Positions 50,457 through 62,319 of a stretch of 64,000 nt of DNA are shown piece after piece. The notes under the pieces were generated by a model, which searched no databases, was not told the DNA's origin, and saw only the letters and a list, made by a program, of their open reading frames with translations. Each line of letters opens with the position of its first letter. Within the stretch, counting starts at the first letter, position 1. Made by a program: the position numbers and the translations under genes. Source of the DNA: Basidiobolus meristosporus CBS 931.73 (lineage: Eukaryota > Fungi > Basidiobolomycota); contig MCFE01000223.1 of the NCBI GenBank assembly GCA_002104905.1, positions 1 through 64,000 on the forward strand, in the 5' to 3' direction.

Positions 50457-52425
50457 TTATTTCCGTTGAAACTTCAGTTGTACTTCAATTGCCAATTGTA
50501 TTGACCTATACAAGTCTCTATACACTACACTAACATTAAGCCCAACCCCATACTTAACAAGTAACTCCATTAAAATCCACCACTCAATAAGTACTTCTGC
50601 TGTAACGCTCTGATTCCACAACTTTGGCAGGAACCCAATGGCTTTATGCCACTGTTCATTCACTGGTTCCCACATGTCCTGGTCCTCAGCCAGCACTGCA
50701 AGGTCTAGCACCTCATCTGCTAGTCTTTGCAATAAATCCTTGCTATATTCCAGTGCATTTTCTTGAGCACTGCGCTTCAAGAAGTGCTGCAACCTCTTGG
50801 TATGCCTATTAATGTTCCAAAACTCCACTGAAGGCATTGTGATACTCTTTTAAGCTCTTGAGATTGTAGCCTTGTCAGTCAGTGGGATCTCCACTCTGTC
50901 AACAATGGAGGCTGTGGTAGACAAATTACCTTTTTCAGCTAACTCATCTACCTTGCTGGAGTGTAGCTCATCTGGCTGCACTTCCAAATCTTCTGAAAAC
51001 AGCTGTTTTCTTGTTGGTAATTCTTCTTGGCTATGATGGGATTCAGTCTGTTCCTGGCTTGCAGCATTAATTGGTGAGAACTGCAGTTTTTTTTGCATGT
51101 CTCCCTGTCTCAGGCTTGGGTAGACATTTTCCCCTTTACCTTTTCCTTTATCACTGCAAGGTCTTTCACTGCTACTTTGTCTGAGTGCTTCTTGTAAAGA
51201 ACTACATTTTCTCCTGGATATATTCTGCTCTGATGCATCTGTTTTGGCCTTCTTGTCCCTTGCTGGCACTCTTCTGGCAACCTGATGTTTCTTTTCTGCT
51301 TGTTTTGAGCTCTCAACCGTAGTTGTGGCAAGCTCCTGTAAAAGCAGCTGGTTTTTACTACTGCCAGGTCCTTCACTGCTACTTTGACTGGGTGCTTCTT
51401 GAGTGGCACTACACTTTTTCCTTGATAAATGCTGTACTGGTGCATTTATGTCTGCCTGCTTGTCCCTAATTGGCACTCTTCCAGCTACCTGATGTCTCTT
51501 TGATGCTTGTCTGGAGCTTTTGGCCCCGCTTGTAATGGGCTCTAGAGGAAGCTGCCAGTTGTTAGCCATGGCACCCTTGTTCTTCTGCCTTTAATAATTT
51601 CTGCTATTCTTAAGATACTTTCTTAGCATACCAATGCTGGCCCAAAATCTGCTTGCCTGTTTGAGTCCAGGATAATGCGCATGGAACAAGTCAAGTGCAT
51701 TCTGCTTGGCCTTGACTTCCTGATGGTCCCATTGAATGCTGGCCTTAAGGTGTTGTCATGCTAGACTTTTAACAGCCTCTAGAATATTAGCCCACTCTTC
51801 ATTATTGCACTTAACAGCTTCATGGATCTTCAATGTCTTTTGATTTTTAGGCTATGGTATAAACACCATATTGTCTCCCTCCCGCACTGTGATAGGTATT
51901 TCTGTGAGCTTTATCTTTGGGCACTGTTGTTGTGCTTCAAAGACTGTACAGTGTTCCTCTGCTGTTACATCAGGAAATGGCTCAATTCTTGGCTGTGATA
52001 TTGAGCTACTTGAGTTCCTTCTTTGCAGCAAAGATACTGCATTCTACCTGGGATATTGATTGCTCTACATGTATTATCCCCACATCCTGTTTCTGGACTA
52101 TTTCCTGATTTCTCTAGACCATTGCATCTATCCTATCAGCCACTGCACCTAACTGCTTTATTAATGCTCAGGTATGAGCTGACAACATACTTGCTAATAT
52201 GGGTGATGGTGATGTTATCATGGCCAATTGTTGATCTTCAACTGAGAGTACTGCATTTGCTACATTCTCATCTGCCTGAGCATAACAGTTAGCTTGTGGC
52301 TCTGCAGAGTTTCTCAATTGCCTACTTGACTGAGAGCCTGAGGAGTCCACATTACTACCTTCAATGGGCACACTGTCCATAGGGCCTTTTTTGGATGTAG
52401 CCCTGCTTGTTGCACTGAATGTCAA
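50457..52425 (-). pseudogene. CACTA accessory gene (ORF2) of copy A: helical W/F-motif domain, K/Q/S-rich linker with a 69-aa internal repeat, and a C-terminal helical domain
   Basis: Segments EEWANILEAVKSLA*QHLKASIQWDHQ...FHAHYPGL...FWASIGMLRKYLKNSR and FWNINRH...LLVKYGVGL read on the minus strand, interrupted by a few stops. Homologous sequence occurs in copy B. Confidence 0.7.
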
Positions 52426-52737
52426 AGCAAGCTGTTGTCAAACCATTCATCTGTTGCCATCAGCAGTGGGGTTTGGTTGAGAGCCAGACAACTTTGCTTC
52501 ATTTTTTTGTGGCATATATATGGAAGTGAGTTAAACCAAAGGGGAGATGGTGTTACATATACTTGTGTATGTGGTGCCACAACTTTATTTATAATGCTTA
52601 CTATGGCGGGTCATCATTGAATCTTACATTCATGTAGTTGCAATGTCTCAAATACAAAACTGTCTTAAGTTCACATGAGTATTGACCAAAAAGTGATATA
52701 ATAGCATTACATTGTTGAAGGTCAAACTGTTTGCCCC

Positions 52738-55426
52738 ATGGACAAGACTACTTTGACTAAATGCTGTAAAAGAAGAGAAAAAAAGACCATGTGGCTATTG
52801 TGGCAAGCCTCTCAGCCATGAAGCATGCAGACAGCATAGAAAGTATTACAAGGATCAGGGCCAGTGTCTTGCCGCCCAAGTCATATTTGACCATTCATTG
52901 GTCACTACTTTACCAACATTATCTTGCTGGCTAGCTGATACTTCTATATTGGCACCTGGCCATCTTTGTTACCTTGCACAAACAGAGTCAGGTGAGTTTG
53001 TGATGCCTTTAGGCTCACCTCAGCCTTCTGAATATGGCATGCAGAGTATAGCTCTGACAAAGAAGGTTCACTGATGGATTTTGAGCCTATCTCCCCAACA
53101 ACAGTAGCACATATGAGCCCAGTCAAATCCCTATATGCAATGAGACAACACCTGTTGAAACAAATGCCAAGGATACTTTATGGAGCCAAGTGAGCCCAGT
53201 AATCCATCTACTGGTGAATGATGTAATGTTCTGGCTAGAGAAGTGACATGTTTCCACTAATATCAGTAACGGGGGCTTTGAGAATTAATTACCACTTCTT
53301 GCCAAAATCATACTGAAATGCAACTTACGATATATATGGTACAACTGGATAACTGCCATGTGGCTGGCAACATATGATCCGGAGACTGTCCTGATTCTAT
53401 CATGTGTTAACAGTTGCATGGCATTCACATCCAAAAATGCTACCATTGCAACATGTGCAAGTTGTCAGGAATCCACCACCATTGAGGGAAAACATTGTTC
53501 ACATGCCGGATATACTCTGGTCATACCCCATCTGAGGAAGCTGATGCAGTCCAACAAATATTGCAAAGCTATACAGTACCGCACTCAGTATCAATCAAGT
53601 GCAAACATATCCAATATATTTGATGCTAAACATTACAAACAGCTAAGAACCAAGGGCTACTTTGAAGGTATGTATGACCATGCCTTTGCTTTAGCACTTG
53701 ATGGATCCTCATTAAACAAGTACTCTACTAGCAAATCCTGCTGGCCACTGATTCATACCAATCTGAATCTGCGGCCCATTGTACAGCATCAGAGCAATAA
53801 TCTAATGGTAGTCTCACTGGTATCTGGGCCTAAATCACTGTCCTACCTGGATAGCTACCTGCATCCATTGCTGGATGAATTTGTATGCTTTTCAGCAGGA
53901 TAACAGTAAATGGCCATCATGTAAATGCACATATTATTATCTGCATTGGAGATACCCCAGCCATCAGCAAGAAAGCAGGTTTTCTTGGGCACAATGGATG
54001 ATACTACTGTCAAATGTGTGAGATCCAGGGCATTTACTCCATAACCCACACACATTATTATTACCCAAACACCAGCACAAAGAACATCATCTTTCCACAG
54101 AGAGAATGTACAGAAGTAAGCATGCAATTGCAGCAAAGTTGGCAAGCTATAAGCCATTGGCCAGAATATGGAATCAATTGGGAACCGGAGATACTTAAGA
54201 TAGAGGGTATCTGTTGGAGCAAAAGCTTTCCACTGGGAGAAATGCATTTGCTTTTCAACAATATCCCTACACTGATGACCAAGTTGTACATGGGGCACTT
54301 CAAGCTAAATGAGTCCTTTGAGATGCCGGAGAAATTTGAAAGATTTGACAAGATATTACAGAGTATCCACTACCCTAAGTACTTCTCACAGGCTCCAATT
54401 AATATTCATATGCATATGCAACAATACAAATGCAAAGGCTGGATGAACTAGATATGTATTTGTTCAAGTGGTGTTCTGAAGCCATTCCTACCAAGAGTAC
54501 ATTGGAGGCATTAGGACTCATATGTGGACATTGTAGGAACACTTATCCAGAAGTGGATCACCAATGCCAACTTGCCACATCTGCAGCTGTTGTGTGAGCA
54601 GTTTGTGATAGGATTTGAGCAGCTATACTACAAACATAAAGCTGAATGTGTAGGTCTTGGCTGCTACTGTATCCATTCTCTACTCCATCTTGCATGGTGT
54701 GTGGAGAATGTTGGGCCTTGCTTCACCTTTTAGGAGTTTCCTATGGAGAGGATGCATGGGAGATAGGAAGACAAGTCAAGTCACAGGTACTACCATATCC
54801 CAATCTCATCAAGAATATTACCTTCAAGTCCATCATGGATGTGATAAGTTGGCACATAGAGGACAGCCAGAAAGAGTTGGAAAATACTGAGGATATATGT
54901 GCACATGGAGACACCTATGCCTATGTCATTTAGAAGCTAAGCAGCCCCAATGCGTGGGTAAACAGTCAAGTAATGCAAAGTTGGGCTGGGTGCAACAAGC
55001 AACTAATTTTTATCAGGAAAGCTTTACCAAGATATGCCAGATTTCTCATGGTCACTAGCCAACTTCTGCACCATCCAATACAGAATTCACACAAACAAAA
55101 GCCAGAGCGCACCTATAAGGGGGACTAGAATCCAGCAGGGAGAAGGGATATATTGACCAAATACAAAGAAGTTCTTGGTGCATATTCAGGAGGTATTCAT
55201 GGCAGAAGTGGCAAAAATCAAGCATATGTTTGCAAGATGTATAAGTTACAAGCAGTATAAGGTATATGGCAACTTTGCAAGTATCACACTAAAAAGCCGT
55301 AAAGCTGAGGTGATAGAAGTATGTCACTTGCAGCAGGTGTGCGTGTGTGTAGAGGCTAGTCAGCAGGAGGCCATAGTTCTTTTTTATTCAAACTATATGT
55401 GGAATACCCAAGGTAGTAGTGGGTAA
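52738..55426 (+). pseudogene. CACTA transposase (Tnp2/Transposase_21-like), frameshifted
   Basis: N-terminal C-x2-C/H knuckle; CVNSCMAF; LALDG...KSCWP...NLNL.P; VSLVSGP...SYLHPLLDE; GDTPAISK..GF.GHNG..CQMCEIQG; HSLLHLA...GP...F.MERM. Confidence 0.88.
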
Positions 55427-55900
55427 ACAAATAAAGAGGGGTGATTCTACAGTGCAATATATGAATTGCACAAGGGGAGGTAGAAAAAGGATATACCATT
55501 TGATAAATTGATATGTTAGCATTATACAGAACCAGCGGAAGGCCATCATACCACCCATATAGTGCTATCAGAGTCTTGCAGTGAGGCCACCAAAATACTG
55601 TCATGTTTCTTGCCATATAAGGCAATTGGATATCCTGGCCAACCAGATCCACTTAAAATAGTTTAGAGCACTAAAAGACTGTAACATTATCATGCAAATA
55701 TTGTCACAGCACTGATAAAATATTGTCAAGATTTATCCCTTGCTTTGCTTGTAAAATTAGCAAAACACCATCATGATCCCATCATAAGATTGTTAAGAGG
55801 GTCACTAATTCCAAGCTGCTGGTATTATGATGGTCTCTAAATGGAACATGATGGCTAATCTGGATTGGATCCACCTGCAGGACCAAATTCTTTTCATAGG

Positions 55901-57394
55901 ACTTAGGGTAGCGCATACTCTGTAATATCTCTCCAATTCTTTCAAATTTCTCTGTAATCTCAATGAGCTCATTTAGCTTTAAATGCGCCATGTACTACTT
56001 GGTCATTAGTATAGGGATATTGTTAAAAAGCAAATGCATAGCTTGCAGTGGAAAGCTTTTGCTTCAATAGATACCCTCTATCTCAAGTATCTCCAGTTTC
56101 CAATTGATTCCACATTCAGGCCAATGGCTTGTAGCTTGCCAACTTTGCTGCAATTGCATGCTGACTTATGTATATTCTCTCTGTGGGAAGATGATGCACT
56201 TAGTGCTGTTGATTAGGTAATAATGATGTGTGTGAGCTATGCAGTAAATGCCCTGGATCTCACACATTTGACAGCAATACTGTTCATTATGCCTGGAAAA
56301 ACCTGCTATCTTGCTGATGGATGGGGTATCTTGAATGCAGATATAAATATACACTTTTACATGATGGCCATTTACTGTTATCCCACTGGAAAGCATACAA
56401 AATTCATCCAGCAATGGATACATGTAGCTATCCTGGTTGGATGGTGATGTAGGCCCAGATACCAGTGAGACTACCATCAGATTATTGCTTTGATACCATA
56501 AGATGGGTGGCAGATTCAGATTGATGTGAATCAGTGGCCAGCAGGATTTGCTAGTAGAGTACTTGCTTAATGAGAATCCATCAAGTGCTAAAGCAAAGGC
56601 ATGGTCATACATACCTTCAAAGTAGCCCTTGGTTCTTAGCTGTTTGCAATATTTACCATCAAATATATTGGATATGTTTGCACTTGATTGATACTGAGTG
56701 TGGTACTGTATAGCTTTGCAATATTTGTTGGACTGCATCAGCTTCCTCAGACAGGGTATTACCAGAATATGTCTGGAGTGCAAACAATGTTTTCCGTCAA
56801 TGGTGGCGGATTCCTGACAATTTGGACACATTACAATGGTAGCATTTTGTATGTGAATGCCATACAACTGTTAAAACATGCTGGAATCAGGTCAGTCTCA
56901 GGACTGTATGTTGCCAACAGCATGATGGTTATCCACTTGTACCATGTTCATGGTAAGTTGCACACTAGAATGATTTGCGCAAGAAGTAGTAATAAGTCCT
57001 TAAAGCCATCATTCTTGATATTAGGGGAAATGCCCAACTTCTCTAGTCATAACATTTCATCATCCACCAGTAGATGGATAACTGGGCTCACTTGGCTCCA
57101 TAAAGTATCCTTGGCATTTGTTTCAATGTATGTTCTCATTGCATACTGGGATTTGACCAGGCTCATATGTGGTACTGTTGTTAGGGGAGATAGGCTAACA
57201 ATCCATCAGTGAACCTTCTTTGTCAGAGCTATACTCTGCATGCCATATTCAGAAGGCTGAGGTGAGCTTAAAGGCATCACAAACTCTCCTGTCTCAGCTT
57301 GCACAAGGTGACAAAGATGAACAGGTGCAAATAGAGAAGTATCAACCAGCCAACAAGATAATGTTGGTACAGTAATGACCAATAATGGTCAAAT
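55901..57394 (-). mobile_element. Middle part of inverted CACTA copy C (transposase pseudogene fragment)
   Basis: Reverse complement of about 52890-54380; ORF 56166-56867 carries LALDG, KSCWP and SGPTSP motifs. Confidence 0.88.
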
Positions 57395-57720
57395 CACTAT
57401 GAAAAATTACTGGGATGATCCTGTCAAAAGGCTGTCACAAAGTGAAAGTCCCATGACTGAGAGGTACTGATCTTGTCAGGACACTGTTCAGAGACCATTG
57501 AAAATAATTGCACCCCAGATTTCACAAAAAACTTAGTCATAATTTCTCATCACAACAATATGTAAGTGGCTTTTGATTGGTTCCCTGCCAATTTGCTCAC
57601 TTTCTGATCCTGGACACTCTATTGCCTCCTACATTTGTGTGAATTGATTGGATATTGCCTCTTTTTCACACTCCTTCCTGACTCAACCTTTTCTCTTACT
57701 TTTCATGTGTACAAATTGAT

Positions 57721-59660
57721 TTATTTCCATTTAAACTTCAGTCGTACTTCAACTGCCAATTGTATTGACCTATACAAGTCTCTATACCCTACACTAACAT
57801 TAAGCTCAACCTCACACTCAACAAGTAACTCCATTAAAATCCACCACTCAATAAGTATTTCTGCTGTAACGCTCTGATTCCACAACTTTAGTGGGAACCC
57901 AACTGTTGTGCATCAACATTTAAAACTTGGCCAATATCACTCTGTTAGAAAATCTAGTACCCTAACTAATTTTCCCTGACCCAAACATAACTAATCCCTG
58001 CTATGGTATATTTTATCACTTCTCAGAATCTATATTTAGCTGTCACACCTGATCAATTTTCATGTGGTCATTATATCCTCAACTGATATGCTAAGCCTTT
58101 CCAAGTGATTAGTCATCTGAGATTTATCCAACCACTTAGCAGTTGTCAAGACATGAGCTGATTAATGAGGCAATTTTCATTTATTTTTGCACCTATCAAC
58201 ACCCCAACAGATTTCAATTAGCCAGTCTCTTGGCACTTACTAATGCAACTCAATCAGATAAGTATAAATAAACTTTACTGAACCTTTTGGTTTAGTGTGT
58301 GTCTCAACAAAATTAAGAATTCAACAAATCCATTCTAGTTTCTACCCAAGTTTAGCATATCTAGCACTCTCAAGAACACCAAGCCTAGCCTGCATAGCAA
58401 ACCTACTCTGTTGCCCTTATAGCCCAACTCAGCTATATATAAGACCAATATTAGACCAGAACCTCTCTGCTAATACTTCTGGCACTCTTGACAATTTTAA
58501 GATTCTGCACTTAGTTGCCACTTAGGTTCAGTTAACTCATTCAAGAGTTTTATTACACTTTTCTCTTGGATACAACACATACAGCATTATGCCACTGTTC
58601 ATTCACTGATTCCCACATGTCCTGGTCTTCAGCTGGCACTGCAAGGTCTAGCACCTCATCTGTCAGTCTTTGCAATAAATCCTTGCAATATTCCAGTGCA
58701 TTTTCTTGAGCACTGCTCTTGAAGAAGTGCTGCAACCTCTTGATGTGCCTGTTGATGTTCCAAAACTCCACTAAAGGCATTGTGATAGTCTTTTGAGCTC
58801 TTGACATTGTAGCCTTGTCAGTCAGTGGAATCTCCACTCTGTCAACAATGGAGGCTGTGAAGGCTGTGGTAGACAAATTGCCTTTTTCAGCAAGCTCCTC
58901 TAACTTGCTGGAGTGTAGCACATCCAGCTGTGCTACCAACTCTTCTGAAAACAGCTGTTTTCTTGTTGGTAATTCTTCTTGGCTATGATGGGATTCAGTC
59001 TGTTCCTGGCTTGTGGCATTAATTGGCAAGAACTGCAGTTTTTTTTGCATGTCTCCCTGTCTCAGGCTTGGGTAGACATTTTCCCTTTATCTTTTTCTTT
59101 ATCACTGCCAGGTCTTTCACTGCTACTTTGTCTGAGTGCTTCTTGTAAAGAACTATGTTTTCTCCTGGATATATTCTGCTCTGACACATCTGTTTTGGCC
59201 TGCTTGTCCCTTGCCAGCACTCTTCTGGCAACCTGACATTTCTTTCCAGCTTGATTTGAGCTCTTAACTGTAGTTGTGATGGGCTCCTGTAAAAGCAGCT
59301 GGTTTTTATCACTGCCAGGTCCTTCACTGTTACTTTGACTGGCTGCTTCTTGAGTGGTAATACACTTTTTCCTTCATAAATGTTATGCTGGTGCATTTGT
59401 GTCTGCCTGCTTGCCCCTAATTGGCACTCTTCCAGCTGCCTGATGTCTCTTTGATGCTTGTCTGGAGATTTTGGCCCTGCTTGTAATGGGCTCTTAAGGA
59501 AGCTGCTGGCTTTTAGCCATGGCACCCTTGTTGTTCTGCCTTTGATAGTTTCTGTTATTCTTAAGACCCTTTCTCAGCACACCAGTGCTGGCCCAAAATC
59601 TATTTGCCTGTCAGAATCCAGGATAATGTTCATGGAACAAGTCAAGTGAATTCTACTTGG
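57721..59660 (-). pseudogene. ORF2 of CACTA copy B: 5' part deleted, interrupted by a solo LTR
   Basis: Aligns with 50457-51710; ORF 58553-59050 matches the ORFs at 50457-50837 and 50850-51569. Confidence 0.75.
57904..58577. mobile_element. Solo LTR (674 bp) inserted in CACTA copy B
   Basis: TGTTG...CAACA termini; absent from the equivalent position of copy A (about 50638); flanks CCAAC/CATAC are a degenerate 5-bp TSD. Confidence 0.8.
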
Positions 59661-59940
59661 TGTCAGCAGTGGGGTTTGGTTGTGAATCAGACAACTTTGC
59701 TTTATTTTTTGGCAGCATATATATGGTAGTGAGTTAAACCAAAGGGGAAATAGTGTTACATATACATGTGTATGTGGTGCCACAAGTTTATTCATAATGC
59801 TTACTATGGCAGGTCATTGTTGAATCTTACATTTATGTAGGTGCAATGTCTCAAATACAAAATTGTCTTAAGTTCACATGAGTATTGACCAAAAAGTGAT
59901 ATAATAGCATTACATTGTTGAAGGTCAAACTGTTTGCCCC

Positions 59941-61668
59941 ATGGACAAGACTACTTTGACTAAATGCTGTAAGAGAAGAGAAAAAAAGACCATGTTGCTA
60001 TTGTGGCAAGCCTCGCAGCCATGAAGCATGCAGACAGCATAGAAAGTATTACAAGGATCAGGGCCAGTGTTTTGCCACCCAAGTCATATTTGACCATTCA
60101 TTGGTCACTACTGTACCAACATTATCTTGCTGGCCAGTTGATACTTCTATATTGGCACCTGGCCATGTTTGTCACCTTGCACAAACTGATTCAGGTGAGT
60201 TTGTTACACCATAGGCTTGCCTCAGCCTTCTGAATATGATATGCAGAGTGATAGCTCTGACAAAGAAGGTTCACTGATGGATTGTGAGCCTATCTTCCTT
60301 AACAACTGTGCCACATATGAGCCTGGTCAAATCCCTATATGCAATGAGAGAACACCTGTTGAAACAAATGCCAAGGATACTTTATGGAGCCAAGTGAGCC
60401 CAGTAATCCATCTACTGGTGAATGATGTAATGTTCTGGCTAGAGAAGTGGCATGTTTCCACTAATATCAGTAATGGGGGCTTTGAGGATTAATTACTACT
60501 TCTTGCCACAATCATACCAGGATGTAACTTACCATCTACATGGTACAAGCGGACAACTGTCATGCAGATGGCAACATACAATCCAGAGACAGTCCTGATT
60601 CCAGCATGTGTTAACAGTTGCATGGCATTCATATCTGCAAATGCTACCATTGCAATGTGTCCAAATTGTCAGGAATCCATCACCATTGAGGGAAAACATT
60701 GTTCACACTCCGGATATATTCCAGTCATACTCTGTTTGAGGAAGCTCATGCAATCCAACAAATATTGCAAAGCTATACAGTACTGCACTCAGTATCAATC
60801 AAGCACAAACACATCCATTATATTTGATGGCAAACATTATAGACAGCTAAGAAGCAAGGGCTACGTTGAAGGTATGTATGACCATGCCTTTGCTTTAGCA
60901 CTTGATGGATCCTCACTAAACAAGTACTCTACCAGCAAATCCTTCTGGCCACTGATTCTCATCAATCTGAATCTGCCACCCATCTTATGGTATCAAAGCA
61001 GTAATCTGATGGTAGTCTCACTGGTATCTGGGCCTATATCACCGTCCAACATGGATAGCTACCTGCATCCATTGCTGCATGAATTTTGTATGCTTTCCAG
61101 TGGGATAATGGTAAATGGCTGTCATGTAAAAGCGCATATTAGTATCTGCATTGGAGATTCCCCAGCCATCAGCAAAATAGCAGGCTTTTTTGGGCACAAT
61201 GGATGGCATTGCTGTCAAAGGTGTGAGATCCAGGGGATTTACTCCATAACCCACACACATTATTATTACCCAAACACCAGCACTAAGAGCATCATCTCTC
61301 TACAGAGAGAATGTACAGAAGTAAGCATGCAATTGCATCAAAGTTGGTAAGCTTTAAGCCTTTGGCCAGAGTATGGAATCAATTGTAAACTGGAGATACT
61401 TAAGATAGAGGGAATCTGTTGGAGCAAAAGCTTTCCACTGGGAGAAATGCATTTGCTTTTCAACAATATCCCTACACTGATGACCAAGTTGTACATGGGG
61501 CACTTCAAGCTAAATGAGCCCTTTGAGATACCAGAGAAATTTGAAAGAATTGACAAGATATCAAAGAGTATCCACTACCCTAAGTACTTCTCACAGGCTT
61601 CAATTTATATTCATATGCATATGCAACAATACAAATGCAAAGACAGGATGAACAAGATATATCTGTAA
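59941..61668 (+). pseudogene. CACTA transposase of copy B, C-terminal part deleted
   Basis: ORF 60562-61350 carries the same motifs as copy A; the A segment at about 54455-55678 is missing. Confidence 0.88.
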
Positions 61669-61887
61669 CAATACTATGCAAATATTGTTATAGCACCAAT
61701 AAAATACTGTCAAGTTTTATCCCTTTATTTGGCAGTAAAATTAGCAAAACACCGTTGTGATCTTGTCATAAAATTGTTGGGTGGGTCATTAATCCCAAGC
61801 TGCTGTTACTATGACAGTCTCTGAGCAGGATCTTGACAGCTGATCTGGATTGGATCTACCCGCAGGACCAAATTATTTTTCATAGGG

Positions 61888-62319
61888 AATATGACTTGTG
61901 TGGCAAAACACTGGTGGTGATCCTTGTAATACTTCCTATGCTGTCTGCATGATGCATGGCTGAGAGGCTTGCTACAATAGCAACATGGTCTTTTTTCTCT
62001 TCTGTAATGGTGTTGAATCAAAGTAGTCTTGTCCATGGGGCAAACAGTTTGACCTTCAACAACATAATGCTATTATAGCACTTTTTGGTCAATACTTATG
62101 TGAATTTAAGACAGTTGTGTATTTGAGACATTTCACCTACATGAATGTAAGATTCAGTAAAGACCTGCCATTGTACACATTATAACTAAAGTTATGGCAC
62201 CACATACACATGTATATGTGACACTATCTCCCCTTTAATTTGACTCACTTCCATATATATGCTGCCAAAAAGTGAAGCAAAGCTGTTAGGTATCCAACCA
62301 AACCCCACTGTTGACACCA
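61888..62319 (-). mobile_element. Transposase start and promoter region of inverted CACTA copy C, truncated
   Basis: MDKTTL...RPCCYCSKPLSHASCRQHRKYYKDH on the minus strand; matches the reverse complement of about 59655-60090. Confidence 0.85.

Larger units (their letters stand above)
50126..55900 (+). mobile_element. CACTA/EnSpm-type DNA transposon copy A (about 5.8 kb, most complete, degenerate)
   Basis: Left end CCCTATGAAAAATTA at 50126; right end ...TTTTCATAGG at 55900; subterminal GATC(C/T)TGTCA-like repeats; transposase and second gene inside. Confidence 0.88.
57395..61887 (+). mobile_element. CACTA copy B (4493 bp, internally deleted), inserted into copy C with a 3-bp AAT target-site duplication
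   Basis: AAT(57392-57394)-CACTATGAAAAAT ... ATTTTTCATAGGG-AAT(61888-61890); removing it rejoins copy C as ggtcaaat-atgact. Confidence 0.93.
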
